From positions 12,682 through 76,681 of the forward strand of contig CATYDM010000004.1 of assembly GCA_958405195.1 (NCBI GenBank): DNA of 64,000 nucleotides. The letters are read 5' to 3'. Under the pieces are notes generated by a model, which worked only from the letters and a program-made list of their open reading frames with translations, was not told the origin of the DNA and did not search any database. Source of the stretch: an uncultured Collinsella sp. (GTDB lineage Bacteria > Actinomycetota > Coriobacteriia > Coriobacteriales > Coriobacteriaceae). Positions 58,562-64,000 of this stretch are shown here, piece after piece. Position numbers and translations under genes: made by a program. Every line of letters starts with the position of its first letter. Positions within the stretch are counted from its first letter, which is position 1.

Positions 58562-60252
58562 TCGTACCCGTTAAGTTTACCTACGCCTCGCGCGACCTGT
58601 GGTTCGATCCGCAGGATCTGGATATCCTCGAGGCCGATTATGCCATTTGCTCCACCGAGCGCGGAACCGAGATCGGCTTGGTCACGGCCGATCCCTTCGA
58701 GGTGCCGCAAGACGAGATCGGTCAGCCGCTCAAGCCCGTGCTGCGCGTGGCGAGCGACATCGACCTGCAGCTTGCCGACGACCTGGCCATCCAAGGCGAC
58801 GAGGCGATGGTCGATTTCCGCCGTCTGGTCAAAGAGCTCGACCTCGAGATGAAGCCGGTCGGCGTCGAGTACCTGTTTGGCGGCGAGAAGGCCGTGTTCT
58901 ACTTTGCGGCCGAGGAGCGCGTCGATTTTCGTCAGCTCGTCAAGGATCTGTCCTCGACGCTGCACATTCGCGTCGACATGCGCCAGATCGGCGTGCGCGA
59001 CGAGACTCGCCTGGTGGGCGGCTATGCCCAGTGCGGCCAGGAGCTCTGCTGCACGCGCTTTGGCGGACAGTTTGAGCCCGTCTCGATCCGCATGGCAAAA
59101 GAGCAGGACCTGCCGCTCAATTCCTCCAAGATCAGCGGCGTTTGCGGCCGCCTGATGTGCTGCCTGCGCTATGAGTTCGAAGCGTACAAGGACTTTAAGA
59201 GCCGTGCGCCCAAAAAGAAGACGCTCATCGATACGCCGCTCGGCAAGGCGCGTATTCAGGAATATGACACGCCGCGTGAGCAGCTGGTGCTGCGCCTGGA
59301 GAACGGCAAGGTCTTTAAGGTCAACCTGGCCGATATGACGTGCTCGGAGGGCTGCAAAAAGAAGGCTGCCGAGCAGGGCTGCAATTGCCGCCCCGACTGC
59401 GTGACGCGCGATGTGCTCGAGCGCATCGAGTCGCCCGAGATGCGCCTGGCGCTCATGGAGCTCGATCGCGAGAACGGCGTCGACGTGGGCGATGGCCTGT
59501 CGAGTGCCGACCGTCTGGCCGGCACGTCGATGCCCAAGCGCCGTCGTCGCGATGCGGACGCCGATACCCGTGTCGGTCAGAGCCAGGGCGAGGGTCGCGG
59601 CCGCGGTAAGGGTCGTGGCAAAGCCGAGGCACCCGAGGCCGAGGAGGCTGCCGGTGGACGTCGCCGCCGCAAGCGCTCGGGTTCGGGCGACGCCGGCGAG
59701 GCTGCAGCTGCAGGCAAGAACGCCTCCCGCGAGCGCGAGGTTCAGCAGCCCCAGCAGCAGAATCGCGGCGGTGGTATGAACCCCACGCGTCGTCGCCGCC
59801 GTCACCTGTCGAGCGAGGAGCGCGAGGATGCCTTCCGCGCCGCAGCTGCTCGCGAGGCCGGTGCCGCTTCCAAGGGTCCCTCGGGTTCCGATGCGCCTGC
59901 CGACAAGGGCGGCAAGTCACGTGGCGAGGATGAGCGCGCGCCGCGTCCGCGCCGTCGCCATTCCTCGGGCACGCAACAGAAGCCCTCAGTGCCCTCCGTT
60001 GCCGATCAGGTCTCGGATGGCGAGGTCAAGGTCACGCGCCGTCGTCCCGGAGATGGCGGGGGAGCGGCTGCCAAGGCTTCGCGTGGCGCCGCTCGCGACG
60101 AGCGCGAGCCGCGCGAGGATCGCGGTGGCGAGGGCTCGGCCGACCAGGGTCAAAAGCGCCGTCGTCGTCGCCGTTCCCGCAAGCCGCGCCAGGATGGTGG
60201 CGAGGGCTCGACCCCGTCTTCGGCCGCACCACAACCGCCCGCCGGCGAATAA
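58552..60252 (+). CDS. ricT: PSP1/YaaT (RicT) family protein with long Arg-rich disordered tail
   Basis: RVDFRQLV, RQIGVRDE, CGQELCC, SIRMAKEQ, ISGVCGRLMCCLRYE; follows tmk-holB. Confidence 0.9.
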   Translation: MPLVVPVKFTYASRDLWFDPQDLDILEADYAICSTERGTEIGLVTADPFEVPQDEIGQPLKPVLRVASDIDLQLADDLAIQGDEAMVDFRRLVKELDLEMKPVGVEYLFGGEKAVFYFAAEERVDFRQLVKDLSSTLHIRVDMRQIGVRDETRLVGGYAQCGQELCCTRFGGQFEPVSIRMAKEQDLPLNSSKISGVCGRLMCCLRYEFEAYKDFKSRAPKKKTLIDTPLGKARIQEYDTPREQLVLRLENGKVFKVNLADMTCSEGCKKKAAEQGCNCRPDCVTRDVLERIESPEMRLALMELDRENGVDVGDGLSSADRLAGTSMPKRRRRDADADTRVGQSQGEGRGRGKGRGKAEAPEAEEAAGGRRRRKRSGSGDAGEAAAAGKNASREREVQQPQQQNRGGGMNPTRRRRRHLSSEEREDAFRAAAAREAGAASKGPSGSDAPADKGGKSRGEDERAPRPRRRHSSGTQQKPSVPSVADQVSDGEVKVTRRRPGDGGGAAAKASRGAARDEREPREDRGGEGSADQGQKRRRRRRSRKPRQDGGEGSTPSSAAPQPPAGE

Positions 60253-60354
60253 CGCCCGCGAGCGGATTTAACCCGCCTTACCCCAATCGCGTCGGGGTAC
60301 CATAGCGCTGAATCAACAACCCTCCCTGCGACCGAACGTAGGGAGGGTTGTGTC

Positions 60355-61161
60355 TTGAAGAGCCATCTGAAAATATTGAGCCGTCTGCAGGGTGCCGGCG
60401 CCCTACCGTTTGCGGACGAATTGCTGCCGTTTGCCGAGCGGGCGGCACGCGAGGCACTCGAGGCATTGTCGCCAACACGATGTGCCGGCTGCGAGCGCGC
60501 CGGTGCGCTTATTTGCCAAGACTGCCTGGCCGCGCTCACGCTCATCGACCCACGTCATAGCTGTACCCGATGCGGCGCCCCGTTTGGGGATTTGCTGTGC
60601 ACTGAGTGTTCGGTCGAGGGCACGTCCTCGGCAATGGCGGAGGCGCTCGACCGCTGCCTGGCGTGCGCCGTCTATGCGCATCCGCTGCCGCGCATCATTA
60701 AAGCGTACAAGGATGCGGGCGAGCGACGTCTGGCTCCGTATCTGGCGGAGCTGCTTTACGACACCGCCCTGCATGCCCAGGTCGTAGCGCCCGATCGCTT
60801 AGGAGGTGTGCTGTCCGGTGCGGATGCGGTGGTGTTTGTGCCTGCGACGGCGGCAGCGTTTCGGCGGCGTGGCTTTGATCATATGGAGGCCATTGCGCGC
60901 CCATTTTGCGAGCTGTCGGGTGTTCCCCTGCTCGATGCCCTCGTCAAGTACGGGCATGGCGACCAGCGCGAACTCGGTCGTGAGGAGCGTCGCGAGCGTG
61001 CCCAAGGCATGTACGAGACGGTTGAGGACGTGCACGGCCGTCGCCTACTGCTTATCGATGACGTTATCACCACGGGCGCGACCATGGCAGCAGCCTCGGC
61101 GGAGCTCAAGCGTGCCGGCGCTGCGGCAGTCGATGGCCTTGCTATCGCACGTGTTTGGTAG
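60355..61161 (+). CDS. comF: ComF-family amidophosphoribosyltransferase-like protein
   Basis: Double zinc ribbon CxxC, RRGFDH, LLIDDVITTGAT; TTG start uncertain. Confidence 0.9.
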   Translation: MKSHLKILSRLQGAGALPFADELLPFAERAAREALEALSPTRCAGCERAGALICQDCLAALTLIDPRHSCTRCGAPFGDLLCTECSVEGTSSAMAEALDRCLACAVYAHPLPRIIKAYKDAGERRLAPYLAELLYDTALHAQVVAPDRLGGVLSGADAVVFVPATAAAFRRRGFDHMEAIARPFCELSGVPLLDALVKYGHGDQRELGREERRERAQGMYETVEDVHGRRLLLIDDVITTGATMAAASAELKRAGAAAVDGLAIARVW

Positions 61162-61271
61162 GGGTGGTTTTGTGGCAGTGAAGATGGCGTGTGCGGCCCG
61201 TCCTGACCTGCGAAATCTGTACTCGCGATGCGAATGACGCCCCTAACCTTAAACTTTAGCTTGAACTTAGC

Positions 61272-61277
61272 TATAAT
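61272..61277 (+). promoter_or_regulatory. -10 element of the ncRNA promoter
   Basis: Perfect TATAAT 7 nt upstream of the RNA's closing stem, in an AT-rich stretch. Confidence 0.75.
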
Positions 61278-61284
61278 GCGCTAC

Positions 61285-61549
61285 GTTCCTACCAGGCTGT
61301 GGTTGCGGACGGACGAAATGCCCGTCCTAGTCCAAGACAGACGCGGTCAAAGGGATCCACGTAAGCGACCGCGTGCGCGCGGCGCGATCATGGCGCGTCC
61401 TAGATGTAAGCCGCACCGTCCGTTCTACTTTCTTTGGGGCAATACCGCCTCGCGGGCGAGCGGGCCAGTCGTGAGGGTGGCTGCGGCCTCCCGAGCAAAC
61501 ACCCCGGTGCGCAAGTGTGGGGTCAAATACCAGGTCAGCTGGTGGGAAC
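61285..61549 (+). ncRNA. raiA-motif RNA (large structured ncRNA)
   Basis: Closing stem GTTCCTACCAG/CTGGTGGGAAC; blocks CTGTGGTTG, GATCCACGTAAG, CATGG..TAGATGTAAG, GTGTGGGGTCAAATACCAGGTCAG; comF upstream, solute-binding protein and hpf/raiA downstream. Confidence 0.85.
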
Positions 61550-61608
61550 AATCTGATATTCCGCGCAACGCACGGATCGTATACGACACAGAAGGCAGGG
61601 TAGTGGAC

Positions 61609-62634
61609 ATGGTGAGGGACAGCTTGATGCACGCGGCTCGGTTAGGTGCTGGGACCGCAGCGGTCATCGCCGTTTTGGGCCTGAGCGGATGCGCGTTCAA
61701 CCCGCTGTCTACGTTCACGACTCCCACGATCGACCAGATCGAGTACGAGACCGTCACGCCCACGGTGTCGGATGATGCCCTGGTCACTCCCGGTACCCTG
61801 ACGGTTGCCCTCGATACCTCCGATGCGCCGCAGGCCATGCAGGGCGCCGACGGCGAGCTCACGGGGTATGCGGTCGACGCCGCCCGCGCCCTCGCAAGCC
61901 GTATGGGCCTTAAGGTCGCCTTTGTCGATGCGTCCTCGGCAGGTTCCGCGCTCGGCGACAAAAAGGCTGATATCTTTATCGGCGAGATCAACTCCACGGA
62001 TGGGGACGTTAGCTCGCTCGGCACCTGCCTGTACGATGCCGCTTCCGTGTTCGGTAAAACCAGCGATGGTGGGTCGCTGAGCGTTTCCACCGATACCCTT
62101 AACACGTCTACTCTGGGTATCCAGATGTCCTCGGCCTCGCAGGAGGCGCTTGCTAAGCAGAGCATCACCGCCAACCAAAAGACCTACCCCAACATCAACG
62201 AGTGCTTTGAGGCGCTCGAGTCCGGCGAAGTCGACTATGTGATCTGCGACTCCACGGCTGGCGGTTACCTTGCGCGCCTGATGAGCGAGATCTCCTATGT
62301 CGGTGCGCTCGAGGCGCCCTCGACGCTTGGTGTTGCAGGCCTTTCGTCCAATGACGAACTGTGTCGTGCCGTGAGCGATGCCCTCGACGGTATTACGGCC
62401 GACGGCACGCTCGAGGCGGTCCACTGCGTCTGGTATGGCACGATGCCCTACGACCTCACCGCTAAGACGGTTTCGGGCGCTAACGTGCAGCCGGGTGACT
62501 CTGAGTCCAGTGAGACCATGTCTTCCGGCAGCGAGTCCTCCGATTCCAACAATGAGACCGCATCCTCCGAGGACAAGTCGTCCAGCCAGGAAGGCACCAT
62601 CACCGACGACGACATTAACAAACTTAATAGCTAG
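61609..62634 (+). CDS. Amino-acid-type ABC substrate-binding lipoprotein (SBP family 3-like)
   Basis: LSGC lipobox, GTLTVA, GYAVDAARALA..MGL, ALESGEVD; Ser-rich tail; start 61609 or 61627. Confidence 0.85.
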   Translation: MVRDSLMHAARLGAGTAAVIAVLGLSGCAFNPLSTFTTPTIDQIEYETVTPTVSDDALVTPGTLTVALDTSDAPQAMQGADGELTGYAVDAARALASRMGLKVAFVDASSAGSALGDKKADIFIGEINSTDGDVSSLGTCLYDAASVFGKTSDGGSLSVSTDTLNTSTLGIQMSSASQEALAKQSITANQKTYPNINECFEALESGEVDYVICDSTAGGYLARLMSEISYVGALEAPSTLGVAGLSSNDELCRAVSDALDGITADGTLEAVHCVWYGTMPYDLTAKTVSGANVQPGDSESSETMSSGSESSDSNNETASSEDKSSSQEGTITDDDINKLNS

Positions 62635-62699
62635 TTATTGCTAGGGGTGGTGTCTCCTATATGTTGGAAAGGACACCTCTTCACGGTTTCAACACGCAC

Positions 62700-62734
62700 T
62701 GCCGGGCTTCCCCAATAGGGGAGCCCGGCTTTTT
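62700..62734 (+). terminator. Intrinsic terminator
   Basis: GCCGGGCTTCCC-AATA-GGGGAGCCCGGC-TTTTT. Confidence 0.8.
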
Positions 62735-62951
62735 CATCCCAATAAAACCAGCAGGTCAAAGCCAATTTTCAGGACCAAATACAAAGCCGCCGACGCCCTC
62801 CCATAGCGCACTTTGCCACGGAAAAGTGCGAGACTTCGGTATGCGGTATCAAGCAATCGTTATTCGGGTCTTTGGGAATCCGCGTGATTAAATGCACGGC
62901 AATGGGTACATAGCCAGTACAGTAAGTCCCCGAGGCAGATTGGAGCCACGT

Positions 62952-63536
62952 ATGGATATCAAGGTTTCTGGACGCAAGACGACGGTAACCGATGCTCTGC
63001 GTGCGCATGTGGATGAGAAGATCGGCGAGGCGCTCAAGGTTTTCGATATCGAGCCCATGACGGTCGACGTTGTACTTCGCTATGAGAAGAACCCCTCGAA
63101 CCCCAACCCGGCAATCGTCGAGGTTACGGTTCGCGCCCGCGGTTCGGTGATTCGCGTTGCCGAGCACGGTGCAGATATGTACGCCGCCATCGACCTCTCC
63201 GCCGATAAGGTCACCCGCCAGCTGCGCAAGTTCAAGACCAAGGTCGTGGACAACCGCCAGGGTGGTGCCAGCGCAGCGGATGTTGCACCGGTCGAGCGTG
63301 TCGAGGATCTGGCCGACCTGCTGCTGCCCGAGGAGGACGACGACCTGCTCGTCCGCGAGAAGGTCATCGATGTCACCCCGATGACTGAGGAGCAGGCGCT
63401 GGTGCAGACCGATCTGCTCGGTCACGACTTCTACGTGTTCGAGAACGCGACGACTGGCCTCATCAATGTGGTGTATCACCGTAAGAATGGTGGATATGGC
63501 ATCATCAAGCCCCGTATCGAAACACTTGACGAGTAA
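62952..63536 (+). CDS. hpf: Ribosome hibernation promoting factor (long HPF / RaiA)
   Basis: VTDALRAHVDEK, DMYAAID, RQLRK.K, PMTEEQA..Q..LLGHDFYVF, VVY.RK.G.YG. Confidence 0.96.
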   Translation: MDIKVSGRKTTVTDALRAHVDEKIGEALKVFDIEPMTVDVVLRYEKNPSNPNPAIVEVTVRARGSVIRVAEHGADMYAAIDLSADKVTRQLRKFKTKVVDNRQGGASAADVAPVERVEDLADLLLPEEDDDLLVREKVIDVTPMTEEQALVQTDLLGHDFYVFENATTGLINVVYHRKNGGYGIIKPRIETLDE

Positions 63537-63565
63537 AATACGTTAACTTGCATGAGTTAACGGTT

Positions 63566-63597
63566 GGCGGCCATCCCATGCGGGTGGCCGCCTTTTT
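63566..63597 (+). terminator. Intrinsic terminator after hpf
   Basis: GGCGGCCATCC-CATGC-GGGTGGCCGCC-TTTTT. Confidence 0.85.
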
Positions 63598-63615
63598 ACG
63601 TAAGGAGTCGCTTTG

Positions 63616-64000
63616 ATGGACAAGGCCGCATCCGCCGGTCATTCGGACCGTTGCCGCATCGTCGTCGATACCTGCTGCGACTTTAGCCCCGAGGTCGCCG
63701 CGAACCTCGATGTCGATATCTTGGGTTTCCCCTTCATTATCGATGGCGAGGAGCGCACGGATGACATCTGGTCGAGCATCACACCCAAGGAGTTCTACGA
63801 CCGCATGCGCGCCGGTGCCCGCGTGTCCACCTCGGCTGTGTCGCTCGGTCGCTATATCGAGTTCTTTACCGAGTGCGCCAAAGAGGGTACGCCCACGGTC
63901 TACCTGTGCTTTACCTCGGCGCTGTCGTCGAGCTACAACTCCGCATGCCAGGCGGCGGACGCCGTGCGCGCCGAGTATCCCAACTTTGAGCTGTACGTGG
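63616..64000 (+). CDS. DegV-family fatty-acid-binding protein, 5' part (runs off window)
   Basis: AAGGAG SD; IVVDTCCD, EFYDRM...STS, FTSALSSSYNSA. Confidence 0.9.
   Translation, partial: MDKAASAGHSDRCRIVVDTCCDFSPEVAANLDVDILGFPFIIDGEERTDDIWSSITPKEFYDRMRAGARVSTSAVSLGRYIEFFTECAKEGTPTVYLCFTSALSSSYNSACQAADAVRAEYPNFELYV

Noticed and set aside
61228..61608. N-terminal 127 aa of the 468-aa ORF
   Set aside because: Overlaps a promoter and the structured RNA; the signal peptide/lipobox only begins after 61609
62645..62690. Separate sRNA upstream of hpf (GGTGTCTCC...GGAAAGGACACC hairpin)
   Set aside because: Lies between the lipoprotein stop and its terminator with no evident promoter; most simply 3' UTR structure

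Overview
High-GC chromosomal window whose gene content and intergenic repeats fit Coriobacteriia (probably Collinsella-like; inferred, not searched). It is mostly housekeeping: the end of the his operon, a fused CydDC-like ABC exporter, mazG-eno-ftsB-ppx-tRNA-Leu(UAA), two two-component systems, gluQ, purH, uppP, pcrA, ppaC, nhaA, tatB/tatC, hypA/hypB, topA, tmk-holB-ricT-comF, hpf and degV. Accessory modules are a PucR/cyclodeaminase-family/aminotransferase cassette, a gmu-like beta-glucoside/mannoside PTS locus and a small AT-rich islet encoding a secreted protein and a micro-membrane protein. The most interesting signals are non-coding. (i) A ~265-nt structured RNA with its own promoter at 61285-61549, matching the raiA-motif RNA, is hidden under a spurious ORF extension between comF and a lipoprotein/hpf. 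(ii) Two copies of a ~120-nt hairpin element with compensatory base changes follow hisF and purH. (iii) A dispersed REP-like family has a conserved loop and interchangeable stems, including a nested copy and a dense array. (iv) A 196-bp duplication unit sits at the tRNA-Leu 3' end. (v) A terminator-containing leader precedes nhaA (candidate cation riboswitch). No CRISPR array, transposase, integrase or prophage gene was seen. Starts were adjusted by eye using Shine-Dalgarno context, and family calls rest on motif recognition only.
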